NCBI GenBank assembly: GCA_002502855.1
Contig: DAQK01000046.1
Coordinates: forward strand, 20,652-52,651
Reading direction: 5' to 3'
From: Methanobacterium sp. UBA279
Lineage (GTDB): Archaea; Methanobacteriota; Methanobacteria; Methanobacteriales; Methanobacteriaceae
DNA length: 32,000 bases
Shown here: piece by piece, positions 1-9,779 of the stretch
Layout: every line of letters begins with the position of its first letter
Position numbering within the stretch: the stretch's first letter is position 1
The notes under the pieces: generated by a model
Databases searched by the model: none
What the model was told of the DNA's origin: nothing
Seen by the model: the letters and a program-made list of their open reading frames with translations, nothing else
Position numbers and translations under genes: made by a program

Positions 1-102
1 GCAGGTATTGGAGACATATGGATTGATGTAGCTGTACTTCTAGGGTTCACTGCATTATTCTTCCTGATGGGCGTATTCAGATTCAACAGAGATATTTAAT
101 GA
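1..102 (+). CDS. C-terminal fragment of an integral membrane protein, possibly an ABC-2 type transporter permease
   Basis: Frame 1 reads AGIGDIWIDVAVLLGFTALFFLMGVFRFNRDI* with the stop at 100-102. A hydrophobic segment followed by a short basic tail is typical of ABC-2 permease C-termini. Only the end is visible. Confidence 0.45.
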
Positions 103-161
103 ATTAAACAGGAAAATTAAGTGATATTTAATGATTAAATAGGAAAATAGGTGATTATAAA

Positions 162-1400
162 ATGATTGGAAAGAATGATAAGATCATCGGACTCCTTATG
201 GTGGGTGTTTTAGCCTCCGTAATGACCTTCACACCGGTAGCAGCTGCTGATTGGCCCATATTCCATCAGAATATTGACCACACCGGTTTTCTAATACAGC
301 CGGGTGATTTCTCCCCGACAATCTGGAACTTCAACGCTGGCGACATCATACAATCCTCACCAGCCATAAAAGATAAAATAATCTTCTTCGGCTCCCACAA
401 CGGAATAATTTACGCCGTCAATATGGAAGACAGTACGAAAACATGGGAATATAAAACAGAAGGACCGGTAATTTCATCCCCAACCCTGGTTAATGATACA
501 TTATATATAGGATCATCAGATGGCAATATATACGCCCTTAACACGGCCAACGGTGAGTTGAAATGGAAATATGAAACTGGTGGTGCAGTTGAATCAACTC
601 CATCAGTGATAAATGGTACGCTATACGTGGGTTCAGATGATAAAAACGTCTACGCCATAAACGCTGATGACGGAAGTTTATTATGGAATTACGGAACCGG
701 AAAGGAGGTTAAATCTTCACCAGCAGTAGTTAACGATACATTATACATAGGATCTGATGATGGTATAATTTATGCGTTAAGTGCCGGGAACGGAAGTTTA
801 ATCTGGCATTACACCACTGGTGATAAAGTCCAGTCATCACCTTCCGTCTTCAGCGGAACCTTATACGTGGGGTCTGATGATGGAAAACTATATGCCCTGA
901 ATATAACCAGCGGAACTGTTAACTGGACTTACTCCATGGGAAAACCCGTCTCCGCATCACCCACCATAGATGAGTTCAACTACAACCTGTACATCGGAGC
1001 GGATAACGGCCAGTTTTCCTGCCTGGACACCAGAACCGGGGAACATAAATGGTCAGTCCAGACTGGTGCAGCTATTGAATCTACCGCAGCACTCTCCGGC
1101 AACCGTACGGTATTTGGATCAGACAATGGAAAATTGCACGTAGTCAACAAGTTTAGTGGTACTGTGGATTGGACTTACGAGCCAGGATACTATTTATTCA
1201 ACGCACCCATCCGCTCTTCACCTGCTTCCTATGGAAATATGACCTACTTTGGGAGTAACGATGGATATCTCTACGCAGTGAATATAGAAAAACAGAACTC
1301 ACCAACATCCATATGGGCTTACTACGTTGTTGCGATTGTAGTTATCATCGTTGCGGTGATAATCGGTCTGAGAATATTAAGAAGCAAGTTCAGGAAATAA
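162..1400 (+). CDS. Secreted or membrane-anchored PQQ-like beta-propeller repeat protein
   Basis: N-terminal signal/TM segment (GLLMVGVLASVMTFTPVAAA). Several tandem repeats of the type 'LYVGSDDGxxYALNxxxGxxxWxYxTGxxVxSSPxV'. C-terminal TM helix (YYVVAIVVIIVAVIIGLRIL) plus basic tail. Confidence 0.9.
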   Translation: MIGKNDKIIGLLMVGVLASVMTFTPVAAADWPIFHQNIDHTGFLIQPGDFSPTIWNFNAGDIIQSSPAIKDKIIFFGSHNGIIYAVNMEDSTKTWEYKTEGPVISSPTLVNDTLYIGSSDGNIYALNTANGELKWKYETGGAVESTPSVINGTLYVGSDDKNVYAINADDGSLLWNYGTGKEVKSSPAVVNDTLYIGSDDGIIYALSAGNGSLIWHYTTGDKVQSSPSVFSGTLYVGSDDGKLYALNITSGTVNWTYSMGKPVSASPTIDEFNYNLYIGADNGQFSCLDTRTGEHKWSVQTGAAIESTAALSGNRTVFGSDNGKLHVVNKFSGTVDWTYEPGYYLFNAPIRSSPASYGNMTYFGSNDGYLYAVNIEKQNSPTSIWAYYVVAIVVIIVAVIIGLRILRSKFRK

Positions 1401-1440
1401 ATGATATAATTTGAGGGGTTTCCCCATAATACAGGGATGT

Positions 1441-1497
1441 TTAAGGAGTGTCTCCTATTATTTAATGGGGTTCCCCTCCTTAACCTTTATTTTTTTA
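1441..1497 (+). terminator. Structured terminator-like region between convergent genes
   Basis: TTAAGGAG (1441-1448) is the exact reverse complement of CTCCTTAA (1476-1483). AGGAG-TGT-CTCCT (1444-1456) and GGGGTTCCCC lie inside, and a T-rich run follows at about 1486-1497. It sits 3' of the propeller gene and opposite the 3' end of alba. Confidence 0.5.
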
Positions 1498-1602
1498 AAA
1501 TTATGCAGAATTGGATTTAAATAATTTTTAATGAATATTAAAAGTAAATGGTTGTTACACTAACGATAGCAGAGAACATCCAATAAAATCGATTTAAATC
1601 GA

Positions 1603-1878
1603 TTAAAGTTTGCAAAGTTGTATTTCTATGGTTGATACGTTGGTGTTTGATCCTTCGTTGCTCACTATCTCTTCTGTGGAGATATCTATGCCGCCGATAT
1701 CAACGTCGGTTATGAATCTGTTTCGCACTATTTCGGCAACATCCACTGCTCTACTTATAGCTCGACCTCTTGCTTTCAAAACAACTTCCGGAACTCCCCC
1801 GTTCATCTGGGTCACTACAGCTAAAACATAGTTCATTACCGGCTTGTTTCCGATGTACACAACATTTTCCTCTGACAT
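1603..1878 (-). CDS. albA: DNA/RNA-binding protein Alba
   Basis: 91 aa beginning [26 protein letters not shown] and containing [24 protein letters not shown], a classic Alba signature. Confidence 0.95.
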   Translation of the reverse strand: MSEENVVYIGNKPVMNYVLAVVTQMNGGVPEVVLKARGRAISRAVDVAEIVRNRFITDVDIGGIDISTEEIVSNEGSNTNVSTIEIQLCKL

Positions 1879-2049
1879 TCACTTACCTCCAAGACTATAC
1901 CTTGATTGTTTTTAACTATTAATCTTATTTAAAGTTTATGAGTTTAATATGGGATTTTTAACATAATTTTTTACTTAAAAACGCCTTTAAAGTAATAAAA
2001 CCTTAATATGTATAAAAAAGTGGATTCCTACCCCTAAGATGTTGGTTGG

Positions 2050-3252
2050 TTACCCACTTTTTACTTCCAATGTATCCTTTATTTTCCTAGCCAGCCCTAT
2101 TGCCCCTTCAAAACCAAATGTGGCCTCCTGACCATGCATAACATCTACTAAAGGTATTCCCAGTTCAGTGGATAATCCGATCTCTCCCATTCCTCCAAAT
2201 ATTATGTCTGGTTTTAAATTTTCCACTTCTCGGAGTATTTCTGTGTAATCTGGCTGTTTTAAAATGATAGGATGGATTTTTCTCTCTTTAATTATCTCAT
2301 TCAATTTAGAATCGGTGTATTTTCCTTCAAAGTCCAGGCAGATGAGAACCGGTTTCATACCCAGCTCAGATAGAAACCTGGTAAGTGCGATGGCCCGGGT
2401 TGCTCCCGCCACGATCACCGCCTTTTTACCTCTTAGATAGGGCAGATATTTCTTTAACTCCTTTTCTGCCCTTTTTTCATCCTCAGCGAAGACGTAATCC
2501 CTGTCGAGTTTTTTACATATCTCCTGGAGATAATTTCCCGTGGCTTTTACACCTATTGGTAAGGTTTCGTGTAGAAATGGGATGCCAAATTTCTTCTCCA
2601 TCAGTTCACAGGGCTCTATCCCTGAAGCTTCACACATGGAGATATTCAGAGATGCTGTGGGTGCCAATTTAACTTCTTCTAACGTGCACCCGGAGGTTAA
2701 AACACAGGTAAGTTTGATGCCCAGTTTATCAAAATATTCTTTAAGGATTTTTAGATCCGGGCCTCCCCGGTATTGTCCTATGAGATTGACCGAGTTTTCT
2801 CTAACAGTTACTTCTTTTGGTGGTGGTTCCATCAAATCCACCAGGACAGTTAAACATTCTAGGTAACCTTCTATTTGGCTTCCCTCAAACCCTCCAGAAC
2901 TGATGGTTATTAATTCTGCCTTAACGTTATTTTCAGCCTCATCTATAACCTTGTCTATGTTTTCGCCTATTATACTGCTTGCACAGGAGCTTAAAACAGC
3001 GATGAGTTGTGGTGAATATTTTTCATCGGCTTCACAGATTTTCTGGAGGAGTTTATCCTCCCCTCCAAACACTATGTCGTTTTGATCCATCTCAGTGGAG
3101 AGTATTCTGATGGGTCTGCTGCTGCGCAGGCTCAGAAGATATTTTATATGATAATAACAACCGATGGGTCCGTGTATTAAGGGCAGTGCTCCTTTAATTC
3201 CCAGTACAGTCCGGATTACTCCGAATAGTTTGCAGGTTCTTAGTGATTCCAT
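2050..3252 (-). CDS. cfbD: Ni-sirohydrochlorin a,c-diamide reductive cyclase catalytic subunit (nitrogenase component 1-like, coenzyme F430 biosynthesis)
   Basis: 400 aa nitrogenase component 1/NflD-like sequence: GPIGCYYHIKYLLSLRSSRPIRILSTEMDQNDIVFGGEDKL, VLSSCASSIIGENID, CTLEEVKLAPTASLNISMCE. Confidence 0.88.
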   Translation of the reverse strand: MESLRTCKLFGVIRTVLGIKGALPLIHGPIGCYYHIKYLLSLRSSRPIRILSTEMDQNDIVFGGEDKLLQKICEADEKYSPQLIAVLSSCASSIIGENIDKVIDEAENNVKAELITISSGGFEGSQIEGYLECLTVLVDLMEPPPKEVTVRENSVNLIGQYRGGPDLKILKEYFDKLGIKLTCVLTSGCTLEEVKLAPTASLNISMCEASGIEPCELMEKKFGIPFLHETLPIGVKATGNYLQEICKKLDRDYVFAEDEKRAEKELKKYLPYLRGKKAVIVAGATRAIALTRFLSELGMKPVLICLDFEGKYTDSKLNEIIKERKIHPIILKQPDYTEILREVENLKPDIIFGGMGEIGLSTELGIPLVDVMHGQEATFGFEGAIGLARKIKDTLEVKSG

Positions 3253-3292
3253 GATCGTTGCTACTTAATCTCAAAATTAATTTATTTCCTTT

Positions 3293-3676
3293 TTACTTTC
3301 CATGGAAAGTTTTCTCTATGAGGGAATGTGAATCTTCTTTCTTAAATGGTTTGTTTAACAGTCCAAAAAATTTTTTAACCGATGGTTCTGTTATTTTGGC
3401 TCGTTGAAGTGTTTTTTCATCACTGTAGGCCGTTAGAAATATCAACGGGATAGAGTGACTGTCCCAGATTTCTTCTGCTGCTTCTACCCCGTCCATCTCG
3501 CCCTTTAAATTGATGTCCATCAACACCAGATCAACCCCTGTATCTTCTACTTTGTTGATGGCTTCTTCTCCAGAAATTACCAGGCTAACTACCTGATATC
3601 CCTGGTTTTTCAGGGCTAATTTAATGTGTTCTGCTGTGATTATCTCATCTTCCACCACAAGAATTTTATCATCCAT
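3293..3676 (-). CDS. Stand-alone response regulator receiver domain protein
   Basis: MDDKILVVEDEIITAEHIKLALKNQGYQVV...DLVLMDINLKGEMDGVEAA...PLIFLTAYSD...NKPF: acidic pocket, phospho-acceptor Asp, Thr and Lys are all present. No output domain. Start taken at the internal Met (MDDKI). Confidence 0.88.
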   Translation of the reverse strand: MDDKILVVEDEIITAEHIKLALKNQGYQVVSLVISGEEAINKVEDTGVDLVLMDINLKGEMDGVEAAEEIWDSHSIPLIFLTAYSDEKTLQRAKITEPSVKKFFGLLNKPFKKEDSHSLIEKTFHGK

Positions 3677-3754
3677 TCTCTCCACTCAACCGCCCATCTT
3701 TCAACTCGAGATATGTGAATTATCATTCTATAAAACTTATCTTCTCTATAAAAC

Positions 3755-5272
3755 CTATCTTCCCACAAGTATCCTGTTAATAGCGTATAATACTGCCTCT
3801 ACACTGGCTAATACAATGTCATCTGCTGCGGAACGGCCTATGGCATTGTTCCCCTTCTTATCACCCATTATCACGAAGACTTCCGCCAGTGAGTCAGGGC
3901 CTCCGGTAATTGCTTCAATATTATATTCCTTAAGCTCCATATCGGCAGTTTCACTCATGAGACTCTGTATAGCGTTTATAGCCGCATCTACTGGTCCTAC
4001 ACCAGTTTTCGCTGCGGTACTTATCTTGCCGTCTATGTTCAGTTTAACTGTGGCGGTGGGCATAACGTTGTCCCCGGTCATGACCGAGAATCCTTCCAGT
4101 TTCACTATCTCATTTTCAGCCCGGCCGAGAACCGTCTCTGCCATGGCCTTTAAATCCGCGTCGGTTACACATTTACCTTTATCTCCCAGTTTCTTTACCT
4201 GGTCGAAGATCTGGTTGAACTGTTCATCCGTGACTTCTATTCCATATTCGGTTAATTTTGATCTTATGGCGTTTGCACCGGTGTGTTTGCCCAGGACTAT
4301 TTTTCTGGTATGCCCTACCATCTCTGGGGTGATTGGTTCGTAAGTTTCTGCTTTTGCTAATACCCCGTGTACGTGTATGCCTGCTTCATGGGCAAAGGCA
4401 TTTTCACCTACGATGGCCTTGTTAGGGGGCATTTTAACCCCGGTTATCCGGGCTACCTGCTCGGAGGCATCCACCAGTAGCCGGGTGTTGATGTTCATAT
4501 CCACTCCGTAATCTATTATGAGGGCCATTACCACCTCTTCCAGCGACGCGTTTCCGGCGCGTTCTCCCAGTCCGTTTATGGTGGCGTGCACCTGTTCAGC
4601 ACCAGCTTCCACTGCACTTAATGAATTGGCCACGGCTAATCCAAAGTCATCGTGACAGTGCACGCTTAGGGGAACTTTTAGGTACCTTTTAAGCTCAGAT
4701 ATAAGATATCTCATGGAACTAGGGATCATCACCCCTACAGTATCCGGGACGTTGATGTAATCCACTTTAGCGCTTTCTACTGCCTGGTATACTTCTTTCA
4801 GATAGTCAAATTCTGTCCTGGTAGCGTCTTCGGCGGAAAATTCCGCGGTTATACCGTGATCTTTGATGTACTCCACCGCATCCACTGAGAGATTTAATAT
4901 CTCCTCTTTACTCTTTTTTAACTTATATTCCCGGTGTAACGGTGAAGTCCCAATAAATGTGTGTATATAATCTACTTCAGAATTGACAGCCGCTTCTAAA
5001 TCCTTTTCAAGGGTTCTGGCCAAACCGCAAATCTGGGTGTCCAGGTCAAGTTTCACTATCTCCCGGGCTGCTCTCCTTTCACCCTCTGAGGAAGCTGGAA
5101 ATCCCACTTCCAGGGTGTCAACTCCTAATTTATCCAGTCTTTTTGCGATTCTGATTTTCTCATCCACTGTCAGGGCCACTCCCGGGGTCTGCTCTCCATC
5201 CCTCAATGTGGTGTCGAAGATTCGAACCCTCTCCGGTAGTTTCATAGCCCCCTTTACTTCGTCTATGTACAT
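3755..5272 (-). CDS. leuA: 2-isopropylmalate synthase/citramalate synthase family protein (LeuA-like, with C-terminal regulatory LeuA dimerisation domain)
   Basis: [64 protein letters not shown], and [15 protein letters not shown]. The C-terminal domain resembles the allosteric domain. Sequence reading alone cannot separate LeuA from CimA. Start refined to MYIDEVK. Confidence 0.82.
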   Translation of the reverse strand: MYIDEVKGAMKLPERVRIFDTTLRDGEQTPGVALTVDEKIRIAKRLDKLGVDTLEVGFPASSEGERRAAREIVKLDLDTQICGLARTLEKDLEAAVNSEVDYIHTFIGTSPLHREYKLKKSKEEILNLSVDAVEYIKDHGITAEFSAEDATRTEFDYLKEVYQAVESAKVDYINVPDTVGVMIPSSMRYLISELKRYLKVPLSVHCHDDFGLAVANSLSAVEAGAEQVHATINGLGERAGNASLEEVVMALIIDYGVDMNINTRLLVDASEQVARITGVKMPPNKAIVGENAFAHEAGIHVHGVLAKAETYEPITPEMVGHTRKIVLGKHTGANAIRSKLTEYGIEVTDEQFNQIFDQVKKLGDKGKCVTDADLKAMAETVLGRAENEIVKLEGFSVMTGDNVMPTATVKLNIDGKISTAAKTGVGPVDAAINAIQSLMSETADMELKEYNIEAITGGPDSLAEVFVIMGDKKGNNAIGRSAADDIVLASVEAVLYAINRILVGR

Positions 5273-5355
5273 AAAAAATCCGCCTTGCATTGAATTTGAA
5301 TTTGGTGTGTGGTTATGTATTTAATTTATTGGGGTATATTTAAGTTCCTATAATT

Positions 5356-6159
5356 TTAAGTACCCATAATTAAACTCAATAAATCCCTTAAACCCGTGGA
5401 TATCCCCAAAATAAGTATCGCCAGCTTCAACATGTTTTTAATGGTTTTATCTTCTATGTAACTATCGATAACGTACAGCGCGAATAATATAACTATTATT
5501 TTAAGTGGGAACATCACCAGGGCTGTCCCGGTGAGGCCTATTAAAGCGTTGGGAAGTACATGCTGCTCCCCATAGGGATAGAAATCTATGGCCACGAAGG
5601 TTGCACTGGCATCGAATATATGGGCCAGTAGAACGCTTAAATTAAATTTATCCTTGATTAAGCTCCATTTATTTCTGAAGATTACAAAAACAGATGATAC
5701 CAGTAGCCAGGACCCTAACACCTGCGCTAACGCCACGAAGTTGATATGGGATATGTTCAGGATGTTGGGTATACAGATAACTACCCCCACCAGGAAGATG
5801 AGGTACCGGTAATCCAGGTTGGTCTTCCTTTCAATGTAAACTGACACTAAAAGGGTTATAATCGTCGCTAACCCCGTTATGATATATATCCCTGGCGTGA
5901 TCAAGAGGTAACTGAGGGGGTAGATGCCGTTGTCCACCAGTGCCCGGGTGCTGGATCCAAAGAAGATAAAGGGTGTCACCGGGATTATCAGGTCTTTAGG
6001 GTCCTTTTTAATGTACCGAAACATCTTTATGAGTAAAATAACGATGATACCAAGTATAATGCCGAAAACAAGCGTGTTAAGTACGTTGTAACCCGGGCCG
6101 AAGTAGACTATGTGGGTGGTGATGAATTGAGTTATCTGTGATTGTAAGTCCAGTAACAT
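5356..6159 (-). CDS. DUF63 family archaeal integral membrane protein
   Basis: 267 aa, multi-TM. Contains YFGPGYNVLNTLVFGIILGIIVILLIKMF and FFGSSTRALVDNGIYPLSYLLITPGIYI, features I associate with DUF63. Confidence 0.75.
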   Translation of the reverse strand: MLLDLQSQITQFITTHIVYFGPGYNVLNTLVFGIILGIIVILLIKMFRYIKKDPKDLIIPVTPFIFFGSSTRALVDNGIYPLSYLLITPGIYIITGLATIITLLVSVYIERKTNLDYRYLIFLVGVVICIPNILNISHINFVALAQVLGSWLLVSSVFVIFRNKWSLIKDKFNLSVLLAHIFDASATFVAIDFYPYGEQHVLPNALIGLTGTALVMFPLKIIVILFALYVIDSYIEDKTIKNMLKLAILILGISTGLRDLLSLIMGT

Positions 6160-6304
6160 AAATCAGAGTTAAATGGTTTTGTGATTTAAATATATCTACA
6201 GAAATTGAGTTTATCTCCCATATGTCTCGGAATGCGAAAAATATATGCAAGATTTAGAATTAATCTCCAAAAATAAATTAAATCTCCTAATGCCCGAAAT
6301 ATCC

Positions 6305-6955
6305 CTATAATTTGTTGATTATCTTCTTCCTAATTACTTCCTTCATTATGAGGGGTAAAGGAGTTCTATCACCAAATACATTGGTTTTCCCAGATAATAT
6401 GGTCTTAAGTACACTTTCTGTTGTAAAATCAGCTTCCAGTTCCGTTACACAGCTACCAATTGCACCCAGGAAGTGGGCATCGCTGGATCCTATCTGGGGA
6501 ATATTCCTCTTTTCTGCTAATTTACAGGCCCTCCAGTTGGAGATGCCGAAGATGTACCGGCTGTTAAGGGTTTCAATGGCATCTATGTCGAGATTTTCCA
6601 CATAATCACATAAACCCTCCCTGTAGCGGACGAATGGGTGGGGGACAATGGCTATACCGCCCTGGGATCTGATATCATCTATGGTCACCTCTGGTGAATT
6701 TCCCTTCTCCACCTCCCGGGTTACACCCAGTGCAACTATGTGTCCTTTGCTGGTGGTGACTTCCATGGCGGGTATGACCAGGAAGTTGTCCAGTTTCTCC
6801 GCCAACTTCAAAGCCACCTGAGAACCACGGAGGGTATTATGATCCGCTATGGCAATGGCATCGAGTCCAATTTCCTGGGACTTCTCTATAATCTGCGCAG
6901 GTGTTGGTGTAGCATCACCAGAATAATTGCTGTGGATATGCGGGTCTAGGATCAT
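6305..6955 (-). CDS. PHP domain-containing metal-dependent phosphoesterase
   Basis: MILDPHIHSNYSGDATPTPAQIIEKSQEIGLDAIAIADHNTLRG, IPAMEVTT, GIAIVPHPF, QIGSSDAHF: PHP metal ligand motifs. Confidence 0.9.
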   Translation of the reverse strand: MILDPHIHSNYSGDATPTPAQIIEKSQEIGLDAIAIADHNTLRGSQVALKLAEKLDNFLVIPAMEVTTSKGHIVALGVTREVEKGNSPEVTIDDIRSQGGIAIVPHPFVRYREGLCDYVENLDIDAIETLNSRYIFGISNWRACKLAEKRNIPQIGSSDAHFLGAIGSCVTELEADFTTESVLKTILSGKTNVFGDRTPLPLIMKEVIRKKIINKL

Positions 6956-7000
6956 TTAATCAGCTTTCTGTAAATTTTTAGGTTCTTTTCTCATTTCAAA

Positions 7001-7060
7001 CTCATTGGTTTTTTTAAAGACTCATTGGTTTTTCAAAAATCATTGGTGTTTTTTAATATA
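7001..7060. repeat. Three degenerate ~20-bp tandem repeats (CTCATTGGTTTTT...)
   Basis: CTCATTGGTTTTTTTAAAGA (7001-7020), CTCATTGGTTTTTCAAAAAT (7021-7040) and CATTGGTGTTTTTTAATATA (7041-7060) are arranged head to tail. Confidence 0.65.
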
Positions 7061-8071
7061 CTTAACGGCCTTCACCAGCCCAGAAGGTCCGGCCATCATA
7101 ACATCTCCTGTTGGGGCGGCGTTATGGACTTTAAAACTTGTCTTCTTGAGGATCCCTCTCTTTGGCCCGGTGGCCACCAGGCACTGGAAATCACCGATTG
7201 GCTCTGCAACCCAGGCCCCATGGCCGCCGTCTTCATGGATCTGTTCATGACGGAGGGTGCCCTGTGCCAGTTCCCTGCAGAATCTGGTGATCTTATCCAG
7301 GGTTAACATGCCGGTGTGGTGTTCGAAAACTCCGGAAATTTTCCCATCTTTAAATGAAGCGGCCAGTGTGTGACCGTTACCAACATCTAATGCTATAAAA
7401 CTATCTAAATCTTTAACGTATTCATCGCAGGTGGCTCCACAGATAGAGGCAAACTTCGAGTCCATTATAACCACATTGTATCCTTTAAGAGTTCTTAAAA
7501 CCCCGTTCATCCTGGTTAAATACTCCGGGGCGGTGTTGGAGTAAGCGAATACTTCAGGCGGTTGTGGTGATTCCAGTTTTTCCTTGATTTTACTGAATCG
7601 GAAGTTTCGATCACCTATGCCCTCTGAGTATCCGTGATCCTGGACTGCCACTGCGATGTAGTCGAATTCCAGTTCCACGTCGAATACATTAAATGCTTCC
7701 CTGATTGCCTCTAAATCCACATCTTTAAGTTTAATCTCTGAAATTTCAGGGTACCTCTCTCCAGGAGGGATTATTTCGATACCTAAAGATTTAACCCTGT
7801 TAAAATCATCTCTTACCGTCCTGGCAGCATTTTCAGTCATTAAAACCCGGTACCCTTTCTCTAGATGATTTTTTATCGCCTTATTTATTGACCCTCCCCC
7901 CATGGTTTCGCCGCTTAAAAACAGGTCGTTGTGGTTTTTGCGTATTTTTTCGGCGAAAATCCTGGTTGGAGAAGGTAAAACCATTTTATAAGAGTTTTCA
8001 ATGGGTTGTTCAGAGTCATAGAGCATTATATCCTGGGTTCCAGCACCCACATCGATGGCCAGTATCTTCAT
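7040..8071 (-). CDS. DUF1786 family protein of unknown function with ASKHA (actin/sugar kinase)-like nucleotide-binding motifs
   Basis: MKILAIDVGAGTQDIMLYDSE (phosphate 1-like motif), FIALDVGNGHTLAASFKDGKISGVFEHHTG (phosphate 2-like motif), and a Gly-rich 'MMAGPSGLVKAVKYI' C-terminus. Confidence 0.75.
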   Translation of the reverse strand: MKILAIDVGAGTQDIMLYDSEQPIENSYKMVLPSPTRIFAEKIRKNHNDLFLSGETMGGGSINKAIKNHLEKGYRVLMTENAARTVRDDFNRVKSLGIEIIPPGERYPEISEIKLKDVDLEAIREAFNVFDVELEFDYIAVAVQDHGYSEGIGDRNFRFSKIKEKLESPQPPEVFAYSNTAPEYLTRMNGVLRTLKGYNVVIMDSKFASICGATCDEYVKDLDSFIALDVGNGHTLAASFKDGKISGVFEHHTGMLTLDKITRFCRELAQGTLRHEQIHEDGGHGAWVAEPIGDFQCLVATGPKRGILKKTSFKVHNAAPTGDVMMAGPSGLVKAVKYIKKHQ

Positions 8072-8213
8072 GTTAAATTATATGGAGGCGGGTTTTAAAA
8101 AAGCTATCCTATATATGTTCAACAAAGTTTAAATATCTACAGGATTTAATCAGATATCACTATCTTTTGAAGATCTAGATTTAAACAAAAAATTTTATGG
8201 AAAAAGTGGTTTT

Positions 8214-9506
8214 ATGTACAAAATTACCCTATCAGAAAAAGACACTCCAAAAAACTGGTACAACATAGCTGCTGATTTACCTGTAGAACCCCCAGAATAC
8301 TCCCAGACCGAAGAGGGAAAACAACTGGAAAATTTACCCAAAATATTCTCCAAGGGAGTTTTAGGACAGGAACTATCGACTGAACGATGGATTGAAATTC
8401 CAAAAGAAGTTAGAAAGGTCTACCAACAAATAGGTAGGCCAAGTCCCCTCTTCCGTGCTAAAGGCTTGGAAGAACACCTCGACACTCCGGCCAAGATATT
8501 CTACAAACGAGAAGACATGTCACCCACCGGCAGCCATAAACTCAACACAGCCATAGCTCAGGCCTACTACGCAAAGCAAGATGGTGTTGAAAGGCTTACA
8601 ACAGAAACCGGTGCCGGACAATGGGGAACAGCCCTGTCCCTAGCATGTAAACTCATGGGATTAGACTGCCTGGTCTATATGGTTAAGGTATCCTTCCAGC
8701 AGAAACCCTACCGAAAAACTGTCATGCAGATCTACGATGGAGAGGTCATCCCCTCACCCAGCAACACCACCGAGTACGGTAAAAAAGTGCTGGCAGAAAA
8801 ACCAGACCACCCCGGATCCCTGGGTATAGCCATATCAGAAGCCATAGAAGTGGCATTAAACGATGATAAAGCTTATTACTCACTGGGAAGTGTGTTAAAC
8901 CATGTGATGCTGCACCAGACCGTTATCGGCCAGGAGATTAAGATGCAGTTGGATAAAATCGATGCCACACCGGATGTAATGATTGGATGCGTCGGTGGTG
9001 GAAGTAACCTCGCAGGATCAACCTTCCCCTTCATCAAGGACAAATTAAGCGGAGACCTGGACTGCCAGTTCATCGCAGCAGAACCCGCCTCTTGCCCAAC
9101 AATCACTCAGGGAGAGTACAAGTACGACTTCGGTGACAGCTGCGGTTTAACACCCTTAATTAAGATGTACACCCTGGGCCATGACTACATACCCCCATCC
9201 GTACACGCCGGAGGCCTGCGTTACCACGGTATGGCACCTCACGTAGCACTACTGGCACATGAAAAAGTCATAGAAGCACGCACCGTCCACCAGACCGATG
9301 TCTTCGGGAGCAACAAAATCTTCGCCCAAACAGAAGGCGTAATACCCGCCCCAGAAACAGGACATGCAGTCAAAATCGGAATAGATGAAGCTATCAAGTG
9401 CCGTAAGACCGGAGAAGATAAAAACATCGTCATAAACTTCTCAGGACACGGTTTACTTGACCTTCAAGGTTACGATGATTTTCTGGAAGGTAAATTAGAG
9501 GATTAA
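8214..9506 (+). CDS. trpB2: TrpB2-type (TrpB-like) pyridoxal-phosphate-dependent tryptophan synthase beta chain
   Basis: [28 protein letters not shown] (PLP lysine region), [20 protein letters not shown], and the TrpB2-type long N-terminus ([10 protein letters not shown]...[10 protein letters not shown]). Confidence 0.9.
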   Translation: MYKITLSEKDTPKNWYNIAADLPVEPPEYSQTEEGKQLENLPKIFSKGVLGQELSTERWIEIPKEVRKVYQQIGRPSPLFRAKGLEEHLDTPAKIFYKREDMSPTGSHKLNTAIAQAYYAKQDGVERLTTETGAGQWGTALSLACKLMGLDCLVYMVKVSFQQKPYRKTVMQIYDGEVIPSPSNTTEYGKKVLAEKPDHPGSLGIAISEAIEVALNDDKAYYSLGSVLNHVMLHQTVIGQEIKMQLDKIDATPDVMIGCVGGGSNLAGSTFPFIKDKLSGDLDCQFIAAEPASCPTITQGEYKYDFGDSCGLTPLIKMYTLGHDYIPPSVHAGGLRYHGMAPHVALLAHEKVIEARTVHQTDVFGSNKIFAQTEGVIPAPETGHAVKIGIDEAIKCRKTGEDKNIVINFSGHGLLDLQGYDDFLEGKLED

Positions 9507-9696
9507 CCATATTTAATCCTTTTTTTCTATTTTTAAAGATCTGTAACGTATTTTCTTCCAATAGTGGCCACTAGTATTAAATTTCCAGTAGAAGAGTTAT
9601 TACTAACTAAAATCATTCATTGGTTTACCAGTGCCACGAAACGGTCTGTAAATTATTTATTTTCCAAAAAAAAGTATTTGCTTACTTTAAATTTCA

Positions 9697-9710
9697 GCGA
9701 AATATATAAA
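9697..9710 (+). promoter_or_regulatory. Putative archaeal BRE/TATA element
   Basis: GCGAAATATATAAA, a purine-rich BRE-like stretch followed by a strong TATA box, lies about 25-35 nt upstream of the 9734-9779 inverted repeat and upstream of the TTG-start ORF at 9856. Confidence 0.5.
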
Positions 9711-9733
9711 TAATAGGTTATTTATAACCATTC

Positions 9734-9779
9734 TCAGCTAATGTTAGGAAATTTTTTTTAGACTCCCAATATTAGCTGA
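9734..9779 (+). promoter_or_regulatory. Hairpin-forming inverted repeat in a predicted 5' leader
   Basis: TCAGCTAAT (9734-9742) is the exact reverse complement of ATTAGCTGA (9771-9779). The stem extends inward by one G-U and two A-U pairs. Confidence 0.5.

Noticed and set aside
1610-1831. 73-aa plus-strand ORF inside alba
   Set aside because: It is the complement of a well-conserved Alba coding sequence.
3624-4343. 239-aa plus-strand ORF antisense to leuA
   Set aside because: It lies opposite a clearly conserved gene. Its Ser/Leu/Pro-rich composition is typical of a shadow ORF, and it shows no family features.
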